Position numbers and translations under genes: made by a program | Notes under the pieces: generated by a model | Seen by the model: only the letters and a program-made list of their open reading frames with translations | Databases searched by the model: none | Told to the model about the DNA's origin: nothing | Shown here: piece after piece, positions 10,757-21,227 of the stretch | Position numbering within the stretch: the first letter of the stretch is position 1 | Layout of the letters: the number at the start of each line of letters is the position of its first letter | Origin: Escherichia phage vB_EcoS_ESCO30 | Sequence record: NC_106513.1 | DNA length: 64,000 nucleotides | Strand: one strand, 5' to 3'

Positions 10757-11714
10757 ATTTTGCAGCTCTAGCCAAGATTCTATCAATGTCGCCTTGAGAT
10801 AGCTTCTCGACTTCACGGAAGTAAAGTTCAAGTTCGCCCAACATATCAAGATCAACAAGATTTAACTTAGCATCTTTAGTAACTCGATGGTTAATCTTCT
10901 TATCTAATAAATCAGAGTCTTTAATAGACTTTAATTGAACAACGTCACCAGTAACTTCATAGACTACACGATCATAATCACTAGGTTCCATCTCTTCACC
11001 TGCTCCGATTGTTTTACGAATCAGTTGTGGTAAATCACCTAGTTCAATCCATTCTACTTTTAATGTGTCGGTATCAATGATAAAGCAACCATTTGTACCT
11101 TTTGTGCGTTCTCTATGGAACGATGTAGTTAATGGAGACCCTGGGTAGAGAAGTCTAGTAGATCCGATAGTCTGGCTATTAGTATAAGAATGTAAATCTC
11201 CAGCAATTACAGTATCATAACAGTTGTACTTAGTTAGATCAATTTCTGGTTTTACATGTGGAGGGATTTCACCACGAACATGCGTGAAACATAGTTTTGA
11301 TTCAGCAGGTTTCCACTTGGGTTTATGAATCTCATCATATGGGACAATATCAAATTCAGGGGAACGATATGGTTTGGTAATTACTTCCCACTTCCCACTA
11401 GTTACTTTATTAATAACTCCCGCATAATGGTATAGACATGAAATGGTTTTAGTTAACATTTCATGATTTCCAGTAAAGATTTTGCCTGGATGGTCAAGTC
11501 TTGACATGAACTGTTCAAGCAGTTCTATTTCTTCTGACGACGGGTCGGCAACATCAAGTATATCACCACCAGCAATATGAAGATCACAGTTATGATTATG
11601 GAATATATCATTTAACCGTTCTCCTAGCATCAGGAAGCGACGCTTCTGCCATTCCTTTGGAACTTTATCTTGTCCTAGTTTGATATGATGATCAGCACTA
11701 AATAATATTCTCAT
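10737..11714 (-). CDS. SbcD/Mre11-like nuclease
   Basis: MRILFSADHH...GDILD...GNHE calcineurin-like phosphoesterase motifs; adjacent to SbcC-like gene. Confidence 0.75.
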   Translation of the reverse strand: MRILFSADHHIKLGQDKVPKEWQKRRFLMLGERLNDIFHNHNCDLHIAGGDILDVADPSSEEIELLEQFMSRLDHPGKIFTGNHEMLTKTISCLYHYAGVINKVTSGKWEVITKPYRSPEFDIVPYDEIHKPKWKPAESKLCFTHVRGEIPPHVKPEIDLTKYNCYDTVIAGDLHSYTNSQTIGSTRLLYPGSPLTTSFHRERTKGTNGCFIIDTDTLKVEWIELGDLPQLIRKTIGAGEEMEPSDYDRVVYEVTGDVVQLKSIKDSDLLDKKINHRVTKDAKLNLVDLDMLGELELYFREVEKLSQGDIDRILARAAKYVKDYN

Positions 11715-11718
11715 TGGT

Positions 11719-11744
11719 TAAAAAGAAAGGGGCCGAAGCCCCTC
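11719..11744 (-). terminator. rho-independent terminator hairpin
   Basis: AGGGGCTTCGGCCCCT hairpin followed by T-run on minus strand after the 257-aa gene. Confidence 0.55.
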
Positions 11745-11750
11745 TATTTA

Positions 11751-12524
11751 TTAGTCATCCAGATCGCTTGCAGCTTCCTGGTCAATACCTTTCTGGGAAC
11801 CAGCATTGCTGTTACCAGATTTGGCATCATCATCTTTATTCTCACGACCTTCCATGAAGGCTAGAATTGCTTCTTTCTGCTCTTCATAGGTAGGAACCGG
11901 ATAGGTTTGTTCCAGAGAAGGAACTTTTTCGAACTTAATGATGTCGCCATCTTCATCACACATAGCTTCACCGATCAGATCTACATCCGCAGCATATTGC
12001 TTAGATTCCGCACTGTTAGGATCTTGCAGCTTAATCTGGAACTGCATAGCAGCAATCTGCTGTACATCATACTCAGTATCGAAACCTTTACCTTTTTTCT
12101 CGATAGAAATATCAATATCAAACGGAGTTGCCAGGTTCAACTGCTTCATGATAGACTGGATGCCTTTCAGAATAGTAGCCTTGACTTCCATTACTTTCAG
12201 TTTGTTATCAGAACGGTCAATAACAAAGGCGATATAGTTTTTCTTCGGTTTCAGCGGAACACGATTACCATCTTTATCCAGCTCTTTCTCGAAGAAGCCC
12301 ATCTCATGAACCGGATCAGCTTTACCACGAACAAAGCTCTCTTTGTCACGGTTAAAACGGAGACATTCGAAAGGAGCTACGTTACCCTCTTTATTAGTCA
12401 GCCAATAGACATAACGTGGAAGAACACCAGAAACGATACGAACACGAGTGATACCGTTGTTGAACTTCAGGAATTCGATTTTATCGTTAGAACCGCCAGT
12501 AGTTTCGCCCCAAGACTTAGCCAT
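11751..12524 (-). CDS. putative ssDNA-binding protein (acidic C-terminal tail)
   Basis: 257 aa; strongly acidic C-terminus ...QEAASDLDD typical of phage SSBs; replication-module context. Confidence 0.4.
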   Translation of the reverse strand: MAKSWGETTGGSNDKIEFLKFNNGITRVRIVSGVLPRYVYWLTNKEGNVAPFECLRFNRDKESFVRGKADPVHEMGFFEKELDKDGNRVPLKPKKNYIAFVIDRSDNKLKVMEVKATILKGIQSIMKQLNLATPFDIDISIEKKGKGFDTEYDVQQIAAMQFQIKLQDPNSAESKQYAADVDLIGEAMCDEDGDIIKFEKVPSLEQTYPVPTYEEQKEAILAFMEGRENKDDDAKSGNSNAGSQKGIDQEAASDLDD

Positions 12525-12801
12525 ATTTTATTTCCTCTTTAAAGATTAATTTCGATTTGTTAATTGCGATTAGTGGGTTAGTGTCGATTACTAAACGTGG
12601 TATCCATACTGGAACATATTGTATGTCCAAACTGGGATCGTTTGTAAACTTGTATTCGGCATAATTTCGTAGACTTAAAATTCCTAGATATTCTGCCAGT
12701 TGTCTATTAGACAATTTATTTGGATTATCAACTATTGTTGATTCATTCAAAATGAATGAGGAACCTACCAATAATTGGTGAGCATCAGGCTCTGTAAGCA
12801 T
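12517..12801 (-). CDS. hypothetical protein
   Basis: 94 aa ORF downstream of tandem minus-strand promoters. Confidence 0.4.
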   Translation of the reverse strand: MLTEPDAHQLLVGSSFILNESTIVDNPNKLSNRQLAEYLGILSLRNYAEYKFTNDPSLDIQYVPVWIPRLVIDTNPLIAINKSKLIFKEEIKYG

Positions 12802-12908
12802 TCTTTTGAATAGCTTAATAATTAGGTCGGAATTTCCTCTAGCTAGTAAGTATAGCTTTTCATAATCGAAGAATTTAATTTTTGTTTTCTCCTCGAATTT
12901 ATGTATAT

Positions 12909-12938
12909 ATTATACTAGATTTCGAGAGAATTTAGCAA
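12909..12938 (-). promoter_or_regulatory. sigma70-like early promoter (TTGCTA-18-TATAAT)
   Basis: Reverse-complement reads TTGCTA...TATAAT; member of repeated promoter family. Confidence 0.5.
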
Positions 12939-13009
12939 CTAAAATTTTTATTTTTCTGCTTCGGACTTTCTTATCAATCCGAAACTTTCTCTCTCAAATT
13001 TATGTATAT

Positions 13010-13038
13010 ATTATACATCATTTATGAGCTGTTGCCAA
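13010..13038 (-). promoter_or_regulatory. sigma70-like early promoter (TTGGCA-17-TATAAT)
   Basis: Second tandem promoter; -10 followed by conserved ATACATAAATTTGAGAGAG leader. Confidence 0.5.
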
Positions 13039-14374
13039 ATGCAATTTTAGCTAATTGAACTGCTTTCTCAGGAGTCATGGTAATAGTTTTCCACCCATTG
13101 TTACGATATACTGCCATCCGTCCAGAAGCCTGCCTTAGTCCAGTGCCACCTTTCATAATTAGATCTACAACAATAGGGTCGAGTTTACCATCGACAATAC
13201 GTTGAACACGTCCTGCAAGCTGTTCAATGAGAGATTCATTATTAATGAGGCTTCCCATTATTAAACAAGACAGCTCATTAAGGGAAATACCTTCAGAGAA
13301 GATACTTTGAGCTGCTGCAAGTACACAAGGCCCACCTTTTGCTATATCTTCCTGAATTTTTAATCGGTCATCCAAGTGGGTTGCCCCTATAATTTCATAT
13401 GTTGTAACACCACGCTGTGCAAGAGCTTCTAGTACTGTTTGGATTAACTCTGTTCTATCACTTACAATGAGTACTTTATGCCCCATATTCACATATAGAT
13501 GTGCTAGGTTTATAATAGTCTCTCGGTATTCAGGATGGTTATACACATCGTTAGCACGTAATGCCCACGGTACGTTTTGGTTCCCTGATAACTCAACAGG
13601 TACGGAGTATCTATGGATTGTAGGTGCAACAGTATTATTAACCGGTGGGCTAAAGATATTATATCCAAAGAAATCTTTGAACATAACTTGTAGACCATCT
13701 TTACGTTTTAATGTTCCAGATAGCCCAATCTTATAGCGAGCACATGATATTTCTAGGAAGTTAGTGAAAGTTGTAGCCACACAATGGTGAACTTCATCAA
13801 CTATAACAGTACCGAATACTTTAGAAAGATTATTCGCATGTTTATTCACTGTTTGAATATTACTGACCACAATTGGTGGATCAATATTGTATTTTCCAGA
13901 ACCTATGATACCTGGTTCAAACCCAAACCATTTACGAACTTCTGCTGCCCACATCTCACGAATAGATGTGTTAGTACAAATTACCAGAGTTTTCTGGCCA
14001 AATTTATACGCAAGTGCAAGGGCTAGGATAGTTTTGCCAAATCCAGGCTTACCATTAATAATACAGGTATCATCGCATTCTTCGTATATTGGAAGCTGGT
14101 CTTCTTCACGCAGCTTGAACTTAGGTTTTGGTATTTCTACCGGAGCTAATGTGCGTTTATCTACTAATTCGTACTTTACTCCTTTAGCATCTAGTAAATC
14201 CAGACGCGTAATAGGAATCCACTTAATCTCTTTGGCGACAACACCACTATTCTTATACATAATAGGGTATTTACTAGTCATTGTCTCGATGTGATAAGTG
14301 GTTTGTTTACTACAATAATCCCAAAGTTCATCATCGGGCTTGAAATAGGCTTTATTAGATATAACAACCTTCAT
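13022..14374 (-). CDS. SF2 (DEAD/DEAH-box-like) DNA helicase
   Basis: 450 aa; Walker A GKPGFGKT, DEVH box, C-terminal helicase motifs (QLAGRVQR). Confidence 0.75.
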   Translation of the reverse strand: MKVVISNKAYFKPDDELWDYCSKQTTYHIETMTSKYPIMYKNSGVVAKEIKWIPITRLDLLDAKGVKYELVDKRTLAPVEIPKPKFKLREEDQLPIYEECDDTCIINGKPGFGKTILALALAYKFGQKTLVICTNTSIREMWAAEVRKWFGFEPGIIGSGKYNIDPPIVVSNIQTVNKHANNLSKVFGTVIVDEVHHCVATTFTNFLEISCARYKIGLSGTLKRKDGLQVMFKDFFGYNIFSPPVNNTVAPTIHRYSVPVELSGNQNVPWALRANDVYNHPEYRETIINLAHLYVNMGHKVLIVSDRTELIQTVLEALAQRGVTTYEIIGATHLDDRLKIQEDIAKGGPCVLAAAQSIFSEGISLNELSCLIMGSLINNESLIEQLAGRVQRIVDGKLDPIVVDLIMKGGTGLRQASGRMAVYRNNGWKTITMTPEKAVQLAKIAFGNSS

Positions 14375-14868
14375 AATTTTATTCTAAGTCTAGGAATTTC
14401 AGGCTCCTCTTGATGGACTTGATAAATAACAGGGCTATTATTTACCAGAATATAGCTTATATAAGCTGGAACATAGGATAATACAAATGGATATGGAACT
14501 TTAGCTACATAGCATTGGTATTTTCCGTTATAAATTCTAGCTGAATGCAAAACTTTAGAGGTGACAACATCATAGAACGTAGTTTTCTTCCAGTTAATAA
14601 GATTTCCATCAGAATCTATAAATTGGCTACGCTTTGACCCAACTAATTGAGACAACATTGATATTCTACCTCTAATAGGGTAGAGCTTGTATGGTAATTC
14701 TTTCCGTTTCTCAAATAGGATAAGCCTACGTTGAGAAAACGTGCCAGGCAACTTCCTGTTATCTAGCACATATTTATTATATCTTGTTGTAATTACGGAA
14801 TAATCACCTTCTTGCTCAATTGATACAAACGCCCGTAAAGCATATACGGGCAATTTGAAATCAAGCAC
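14371..14868 (-). CDS. hypothetical protein
   Basis: 165 aa ORF translationally coupled between polymerase and helicase genes. Confidence 0.45.
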   Translation of the reverse strand: MLDFKLPVYALRAFVSIEQEGDYSVITTRYNKYVLDNRKLPGTFSQRRLILFEKRKELPYKLYPIRGRISMLSQLVGSKRSQFIDSDGNLINWKKTTFYDVVTSKVLHSARIYNGKYQCYVAKVPYPFVLSYVPAYISYILVNNSPVIYQVHQEEPEIPRLRIKL

Positions 14869-17428
14869 CGAGAATCCTTCTCACGTTATCCAAATCTTTA
14901 CATACAGCAATAAACTTATCATCCTTGTATTTGCTATGATCTGGATGCTCTTTATCCATTGCAGCTAGTTTCTTATACTCGAATTCTGCATCAAGTAATA
15001 CACCCTTGACATAACGAGTGTATTCATCATCATCAATACAAGCGATTGATGGATGCTGCTTCTTCATCTTACCACAAGAGTAGTCACGAGAACCTCCAGC
15101 TTCAGAATCAGAATCAATACCAATCGGACAACCAGGAATACTGATACCACGGTCTTTCTGAATATTACGAATCAGGATTTCATTGTATTGGTCGATCAAG
15201 TCTTCACGAACAATAGCAACTACGGAGTCATGAACCAGCATAACAATCTTCATCTCTTGTTCTAGGCCAAGAGAAATGATCTCATTATCTGTATCTACAG
15301 CACCTAAAAGGAGACTATCAGAAGAAGCAGACTGAATGATTGCGTTAAATCCAGAACGGATTTCTTCACCCTGAACACCACGGTCTTCGGAGTGGATATT
15401 ATGCAGACGACGTTTACGACCAAAGTGACTGTAGATAAATCCATGATTCTTGATCTGATCGTGGCACTTATCAATCCAACGCTTAAGCTGCGGGAACTGA
15501 CCGAAGTAAGTTTCAATGTACTCTTTAGCATCTGCAACAGTACACTCCACAAACGGTTCACCTGTCTTAGCAGCTTGTTCCAGAAGAGCTTCATTAACAG
15601 AATGAGCTACTTTAGCCGGGCCAGAACCGTACAAAATACCGAAGGTGATTGCTTTAGCTGCTTGACGCAGAGCTGGGAATAACTTTTTAACATCACGAGG
15701 CTCGCACTGGAGCTTAAATACCATGTGTGCGATGTTAGAGTGGAAGTCAGGATATTTATCAGGTTCATTTCTCATGTTGATAAATACTTGTTGCATATTT
15801 CTATCCCCAGATAGAACAGCAGCATAATAAACTTCCGCAGTTGTTAAGTCCCATGCGATTACACGATACCGGGGAGGAGCTACTACACAACCCTTGATAA
15901 TAGATTCATCACGAGGTAACTGTTGAAGGTTCAGTTTACCAGAAGAACTCAGACGACCAGAAGTAGTCATGTGTTCGTGGAAGCCAGTACGAATGCAACC
16001 ATCAGCATCAATGCTCAGAAGAATCTTCTCAACGTAAGTAGAGATCAGCTTAGTCAGCTTACGAATCTCTAGCAGAGTTTTAGCAATTGGATGCTGCGTA
16101 GACAGTTCGTTCAGAGCTTCTGCATCTGTAGAGTCCGCTCCAGTATCTGTCAATTTACCTGTTGGAGTTAAGCCAACATAATCAAACAGAAGAACACGCA
16201 GCTGCTTAACAGAGTTTGGGTTAAACGCCTCGTTCTGGTCTTTTTCTAGCTGAACGACTTCTGGATAAGTATACAGTTTCTCACGAGCCTTATTCAGGTT
16301 ATGGGTTAACTGGTACTGTGCTTCTTTCAAGCGATCAATAGAAATTGGTACACCACGATCTTCAACACGTTGCAGGAACACGCAACCAGGCATCAAAACA
16401 TCGTAGTATAGACTGCAAAGTTTTTCATTCTTCTCAATTTTTGGTAAGAAGAAGTTGTGCAAACGTATGGTTGCATCGGTATCTTTTGCAGCGTAAGGCC
16501 ACATAATATCAAACGGAATTAAATCATAGGTGAAATCTTCTTTCTTGATTTTATGTGCTTTGCAGTAATCATCCTTGAACTTATCTAGTTCAAAGTCATA
16601 GTCACCCATATCGGTGTACTTCATTGCTAGAGATTTCAAGCCGTGAGTACCACGACGTTCATCTAGAACATAATGCTGCAACATTGTATCATGGAGCCTG
16701 CGTTCTTTATGTGCTTTATCAAAAGTAAGTCCCAGATGGTACTTATAAAAGTGCATATCAAACTTCAAGTTGTGAAAAACAATAGTGTGGTTTTCACTAT
16801 CCAGAATTTTCTGGAGATAATATACTGCAACCTCTGTGAGACAATCAGAATCGATATACACACCCTGATACTCTTGGTGAGACATAGAAACACCAAGCAG
16901 ATAACCATCTCGACAGTATAGTGCTGAGGTTTCGGAGTCGAATGCTACAGGTCCGATAACCATATTATACACCATCTTGATATATTCTTCCGCCTCGTCA
17001 GGGTCAGTAATAGGGCGGTAATCACCAGCTTTTGCAATCTTCTCGCGACCATTGATAATATCGTGGATATTCTCTACTGTTGCATCAAAAACTGGTTTCA
17101 TTTCAGGCTTAAAGTGTAACTGGGCTGGGCTGATACTCGCAATCCAGTTAGCATATCCATTATACTCTACACGTTTACCAGTATAGTCACCAATGCCTTT
17201 CTTACCTGCGAAGTACAGGAAAGGTTCAGCACCTACTAGTATAACAAAATCGTAATCATTCGGATCAAATGGGTTTTCTGGTGTTCCAATAGTAATATGC
17301 TTTTTAAGCAAACGACCAGATAACTTCTCGTTACACATATGGAATACATCAACTTCCTCGCCGTATAGCTGGAAATGTTTATCGTAACGAGTGTTGTTTA
17401 GCGCTTTATCAACTACTGCGATTTTCAA
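14861..17428 (-). CDS. DNA polymerase, family A (T5-type, with 3'-5' exonuclease domain)
   Basis: 855 aa; Pol A motifs (DYSQ-like region, ...ILYGSGPAKVA..., ...MLVHDS...); size matches T5 polymerase. Confidence 0.85.
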   Translation of the reverse strand: MKIAVVDKALNNTRYDKHFQLYGEEVDVFHMCNEKLSGRLLKKHITIGTPENPFDPNDYDFVILVGAEPFLYFAGKKGIGDYTGKRVEYNGYANWIASISPAQLHFKPEMKPVFDATVENIHDIINGREKIAKAGDYRPITDPDEAEEYIKMVYNMVIGPVAFDSETSALYCRDGYLLGVSMSHQEYQGVYIDSDCLTEVAVYYLQKILDSENHTIVFHNLKFDMHFYKYHLGLTFDKAHKERRLHDTMLQHYVLDERRGTHGLKSLAMKYTDMGDYDFELDKFKDDYCKAHKIKKEDFTYDLIPFDIMWPYAAKDTDATIRLHNFFLPKIEKNEKLCSLYYDVLMPGCVFLQRVEDRGVPISIDRLKEAQYQLTHNLNKAREKLYTYPEVVQLEKDQNEAFNPNSVKQLRVLLFDYVGLTPTGKLTDTGADSTDAEALNELSTQHPIAKTLLEIRKLTKLISTYVEKILLSIDADGCIRTGFHEHMTTSGRLSSSGKLNLQQLPRDESIIKGCVVAPPRYRVIAWDLTTAEVYYAAVLSGDRNMQQVFINMRNEPDKYPDFHSNIAHMVFKLQCEPRDVKKLFPALRQAAKAITFGILYGSGPAKVAHSVNEALLEQAAKTGEPFVECTVADAKEYIETYFGQFPQLKRWIDKCHDQIKNHGFIYSHFGRKRRLHNIHSEDRGVQGEEIRSGFNAIIQSASSDSLLLGAVDTDNEIISLGLEQEMKIVMLVHDSVVAIVREDLIDQYNEILIRNIQKDRGISIPGCPIGIDSDSEAGGSRDYSCGKMKKQHPSIACIDDDEYTRYVKGVLLDAEFEYKKLAAMDKEHPDHSKYKDDKFIAVCKDLDNVRRILGA

Positions 17429-17489
17429 ATTTAATCTCCTCTTGGTAAGTAAGTATAACTTCAGTGTTTCTTCTCTAACTTACCAATAT

Positions 17490-17519
17490 ATTATACCAAA
17501 TCTTTAAGCGATTCAGCAA
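17490..17519 (-). promoter_or_regulatory. sigma70-like promoter (TTGCTG-18-TATAAT) upstream of polymerase gene
   Basis: Consensus hexamers on minus strand overlapping the 3' end of the primase ORF. Confidence 0.45.
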
Positions 17520-18381
17520 CTAAAATTTCAATACGTTTTGCTAACATATCAATTTCATCTTTGTTTAAATCACCCGGATCTTTACCTTCAGGCAGAAGAA
17601 AGTTAGCAACTACAGGTATTAAACGCGTTTTTGTACGAATTAACTTGGCCAACGCTTGTGCAGCCTTATTACCAGAAGCATCATTATCTAGTAAGATAAC
17701 AACAACTTTTACACCAGCAATAATATAAGGGCTGAACTTATCCGCAATGTTATCCGAAGTAAACTGATGTGTACCAAAGCAGCAAGAAGCGTAGTCTATA
17801 CCACTATCTTCTAGATTCAGCATATCAAAGATACCCTCAACTAGAATAAGAACTGGAGTATTATATCGTACAGGAAAAATTGGTGGTGAAACTTGTTTTG
17901 GTTTTACTAAGTATTTAGGAGGGGCAGAACTGTTTATAGAACGACCCAAAAATAGGATATTGCGTCCAACAGCATCTGTGATTGGGAATACAATTCTGCC
18001 TTCCCAGTCTGCTTGGTGTTGGAAAGCAAAATATTTCTTCAAGGTCTTAGAACTTATACCTCGGAAATCACCTTCGAAAAGGTAAGCAGATTCAGGAATT
18101 GCAAGATTCGTTGATCCATTCCTAATCTCTGAAATCTTTTTACGTACTTGCGATAGCCTTGGGGACTGTCGGTACTGAGTCTCATTAAAATAATGGTAAA
18201 TGCTCGGTATACCTTTACCGAAGCCACAACTCAAGCAGTGCATAATACCTGTTTCAGGGTCAATACGCAAACTTGGGTGTTTATCGTCATGATCTGGATT
18301 TAAGCAACAGATTAAAATATCTCCACCAGTATCTTTATACTCAATTCCCTTAAGATCAAGTAATTCTGTTATTCTACTCAT
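17491..18381 (-). CDS. DNA primase (DnaG-like, zinc-binding + TOPRIM)
   Basis: CCLNPDHDDKHPSLRIDPETGIMHCLSCG zinc ribbon; TOPRIM-like EG...DND acidic motifs. Confidence 0.75.
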   Translation of the reverse strand: MSRITELLDLKGIEYKDTGGDILICCLNPDHDDKHPSLRIDPETGIMHCLSCGFGKGIPSIYHYFNETQYRQSPRLSQVRKKISEIRNGSTNLAIPESAYLFEGDFRGISSKTLKKYFAFQHQADWEGRIVFPITDAVGRNILFLGRSINSSAPPKYLVKPKQVSPPIFPVRYNTPVLILVEGIFDMLNLEDSGIDYASCCFGTHQFTSDNIADKFSPYIIAGVKVVVILLDNDASGNKAAQALAKLIRTKTRLIPVVANFLLPEGKDPGDLNKDEIDMLAKRIEILVAESLKDLV

Positions 18382-18908
18382 GAATTTAGCTCCTCCAGTG
18401 AAGGATACTTAGTTGGATCAAAGATCTCTTGAACAGCATTTTCTCCATGTAATTGTAGACGTAGTTCATTGGCTTTAGTGACTGCAAGCTTTAGATCTGC
18501 GTAATTAAAGAGCCCACCGTGAACTTTTTCTCCCGTAGAATTTACTACTCTTACATGCCATTTGTGATCCCGCTTAAACCAGAAAACTCCCAAGTATCCA
18601 GATTTACTTCTAGCTGTTTTATTTCTACTATTTTCTTGCCGGGTGGATGGCCTAATATTAATCCATCTATTATCCCAAGTAATTCGATTAATATGGTCTA
18701 CTTCCTCTGGCATATATCCTTCCATATATAGGAAGGCTAGTTGGTGTGCAAAGTATAATTTTCTATCTACCTTTATCCGTATGTATCCACTATCTAGAGT
18801 ACCCGCAATACTACCAGCTTTCTGATTGCCTCTAGATACTTTTCTAGTAAACTCCCCAGTCTCTGGGGAGTAGTCAAACAGTTCTTTTAGTCGTTCCTGT
18901 GTTATCAT
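18378..18908 (-). CDS. HNH homing endonuclease (HNH + AP2-like DNA-binding domain)
   Basis: HINRITWDNRWINIR HNH core and GYLGVFW AP2-like motif; paralog of ORF at 42536-43090; inserted between primase and helicase. Confidence 0.75.
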   Translation of the reverse strand: MITQERLKELFDYSPETGEFTRKVSRGNQKAGSIAGTLDSGYIRIKVDRKLYFAHQLAFLYMEGYMPEEVDHINRITWDNRWINIRPSTRQENSRNKTARSKSGYLGVFWFKRDHKWHVRVVNSTGEKVHGGLFNYADLKLAVTKANELRLQLHGENAVQEIFDPTKYPSLEELNS

Positions 18909-20377
18909 ATATCGCTGGCCTGTTCACCTGTTGAATTTTCAGTTTTGTCTTTCTTAGCACGTTTAGGTTGAGCCGGCTTATCCTTCTCAATAGGGATAAC
19001 GAACTCAGCTTCCATTTGAGATATATCTTCCATTGCTAGGTTGGTAGTGTTATCCATTCGCAGAGTTTCCCAGTTCATCTTAGGCATAAACTTCACGCTA
19101 TCAGAAGAACGAGTTTTAACGAAGTCAAACATAATAGCACCTTGGCCATTATCAGCTTTTGCAGCATTAAGATTAGCAGCCATGTCTGCAGAATCAAGAA
19201 TCCCCTTTGACATACGTGTTCTACCATCTTGATCGATCTGGTAAGGAGCTACGCCAGCCACGTTATGTTTCTGGCAGATAGATTTGAAAGACGAGCTAAC
19301 AACCATCTGTTCTTTCCAGTCATACATATCAATGGTTTTAGAATCTGGAAGTCGGGTTTGGTTAATATAGTCCAGTAAAGCTACTGTAACTTTATCACCA
19401 TATCTAGCAACTAATTTATTTAGTTCTACGTCAACTGTTGTAATGGACAGCTCAGGATCATAAACAATAATCATAGGAGTATGTAGTTCATATCCCTCTA
19501 TTAGCTTACTCTCCATATCGTAGAAATCACTCATCTTAGCCATTGTGTACTGTTTAACGAAGTTATCAAAAAGCTCTTCACCTCCATTAAACATTCTAGC
19601 TCTAGTTCTGGCCAATCTCAACAGAGCTGCACCTTCTAGAGTATTATTACGCATTGCTAATGCTGATACACCAGCTAACATGGCTAGATTACGTCTAAAT
19701 ACTTCATGTTCTTTCATCTCAATTGAGAAGTATGGAGCAATATCTCCATTCAAATATTGCTGAACCTGTATGTTTGAACAGATAATGGATTTACCAGTAC
19801 CACGCCAACCACCAAGCAGTAACGTTTCTGTGCGAGCTAAACCGATTTGAGCGTCGAACTCATTACAAATACCAAGAGCGATTAAGTTCAGTTTGGTATC
19901 TTCTTCTCTCTGGAAAATACGCATGTTATCTGCGTTGAATACTTTTCCAGTATTCGTTACTTTCTCTTCTAATTTTAAGTGAAGGGAGGCAACTCGGTTG
20001 AGAATTTCTCCCTGATCCAGCATTGTTAAATCTTGAAGCACGTCTGTTTCTAGAAGCTTCAGGAATAAATCCTGTGTATATTCGGCTTCTAGGACTTCAA
20101 GTGCCTGTTCCATGCTCACTTCTGGAATTTGAGTGTTAGCTAAGACGACTAGAGCTTGAGAAAGGCGGGCGTTCCTATTAGCTTCAAGCATAAGTGCGTC
20201 AATGGACGGCATTGTGTTATATTTTTTATAATAATTCTGGACGGCTTGGTAAATTGAGGAGAAAGCGTCATTAAAATGATCTTTATGCAGTTTTGAGAAT
20301 GTTTCCAATGCTATTTGCTTCTGTTCGGAAGCTAGAAGCATCTTCAACACTACAGCTTGCACGTTAAACAAGGTCAT
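18905..20377 (-). CDS. DnaB-like replicative helicase (RecA-fold ATPase)
   Basis: GGWRGTGKS Walker A-like motif; start set at MTLFNV, which follows an AGGAG SD. Confidence 0.6.
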   Translation of the reverse strand: MTLFNVQAVVLKMLLASEQKQIALETFSKLHKDHFNDAFSSIYQAVQNYYKKYNTMPSIDALMLEANRNARLSQALVVLANTQIPEVSMEQALEVLEAEYTQDLFLKLLETDVLQDLTMLDQGEILNRVASLHLKLEEKVTNTGKVFNADNMRIFQREEDTKLNLIALGICNEFDAQIGLARTETLLLGGWRGTGKSIICSNIQVQQYLNGDIAPYFSIEMKEHEVFRRNLAMLAGVSALAMRNNTLEGAALLRLARTRARMFNGGEELFDNFVKQYTMAKMSDFYDMESKLIEGYELHTPMIIVYDPELSITTVDVELNKLVARYGDKVTVALLDYINQTRLPDSKTIDMYDWKEQMVVSSSFKSICQKHNVAGVAPYQIDQDGRTRMSKGILDSADMAANLNAAKADNGQGAIMFDFVKTRSSDSVKFMPKMNWETLRMDNTTNLAMEDISQMEAEFVIPIEKDKPAQPKRAKKDKTENSTGEQASDI

Positions 20378-20459
20378 TCTCCTTTGCACGCTTTCGTGCC
20401 TTCTAAATGCAAAAAGGGGAAGGAGCATAGCCCCCTCCCCTTAGGTTTAATTTACCAGA

Positions 20460-21227
20460 TTATTCAGCAGCCGCAGCTTTTGCATCCAGTTTAGCACGCT
20501 TAGCGGCACCATCATAGTCCTTAGCAACCAGACCACGACGAGACAGCATAGATTTAACACCGCGCTCAGATTTACCAGTTTTCTCAGCGATCTCAGCAAC
20601 AGTCATGTTAACCAGATCCAGGCCTTCTAACAGATCTTCACGAGTTTTAGCACTTGAGGTTTCCTGTACCGGCATAGCAGCGATACGACCTTCACGAAGC
20701 AGACTCAGAGCTTTACCGCGGATCTGCTTGATATTACGACCGAAGTGAGCAGCGATAGCTTCAATAGTAGCACCAGCAACAACCTGATTAACAAAATCAG
20801 TTTCTTCATCCGGAGTGAAGGAACGAACAGCAGCAGCTTTTTCGGTTGGCTTAACAGAAGCGGTCATTTCCAGACTCAGGATCTTACCCTGTACCTGTTT
20901 AGCACCGAACTGACCACCAGCTACAGCAGCAGCGATTTCAGCATAGGTATACTGACCAGCATGAGCATTCAGGAAATCAACCAGTTCAGCTTCCTGCTCA
21001 GGAGTCCACGGGGATTTCTGTACTTCGTTAGCTTTTTGTACTTCGAAACCTTCTTTACGCAGCTTAGAGCCAACAGAGCGAGCGGTAACGTCTTTGCCAG
21101 TTTCAGCAGCCAGTTCAGCGGCGATAGCAGCTACTTGTTCTTGAGAGATTACATCAACACCCAGAGCAGTGGCTTTTGCTTTCAGAGACTCGGTTACACC
21201 TTCTACGTTCCAGTTCAGTTTAGACAT
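20460..21227 (-). CDS. putative DNA-binding protein with repeated HTH-like modules (T5 D5-like?)
   Basis: 255 aa, Ala/Lys-rich, repeated xIAxxTGKxxxxVxSKLRxxG modules. Confidence 0.35.
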   Translation of the reverse strand: MSKLNWNVEGVTESLKAKATALGVDVISQEQVAAIAAELAAETGKDVTARSVGSKLRKEGFEVQKANEVQKSPWTPEQEAELVDFLNAHAGQYTYAEIAAAVAGGQFGAKQVQGKILSLEMTASVKPTEKAAAVRSFTPDEETDFVNQVVAGATIEAIAAHFGRNIKQIRGKALSLLREGRIAAMPVQETSSAKTREDLLEGLDLVNMTVAEIAEKTGKSERGVKSMLSRRGLVAKDYDGAAKRAKLDAKAAAAE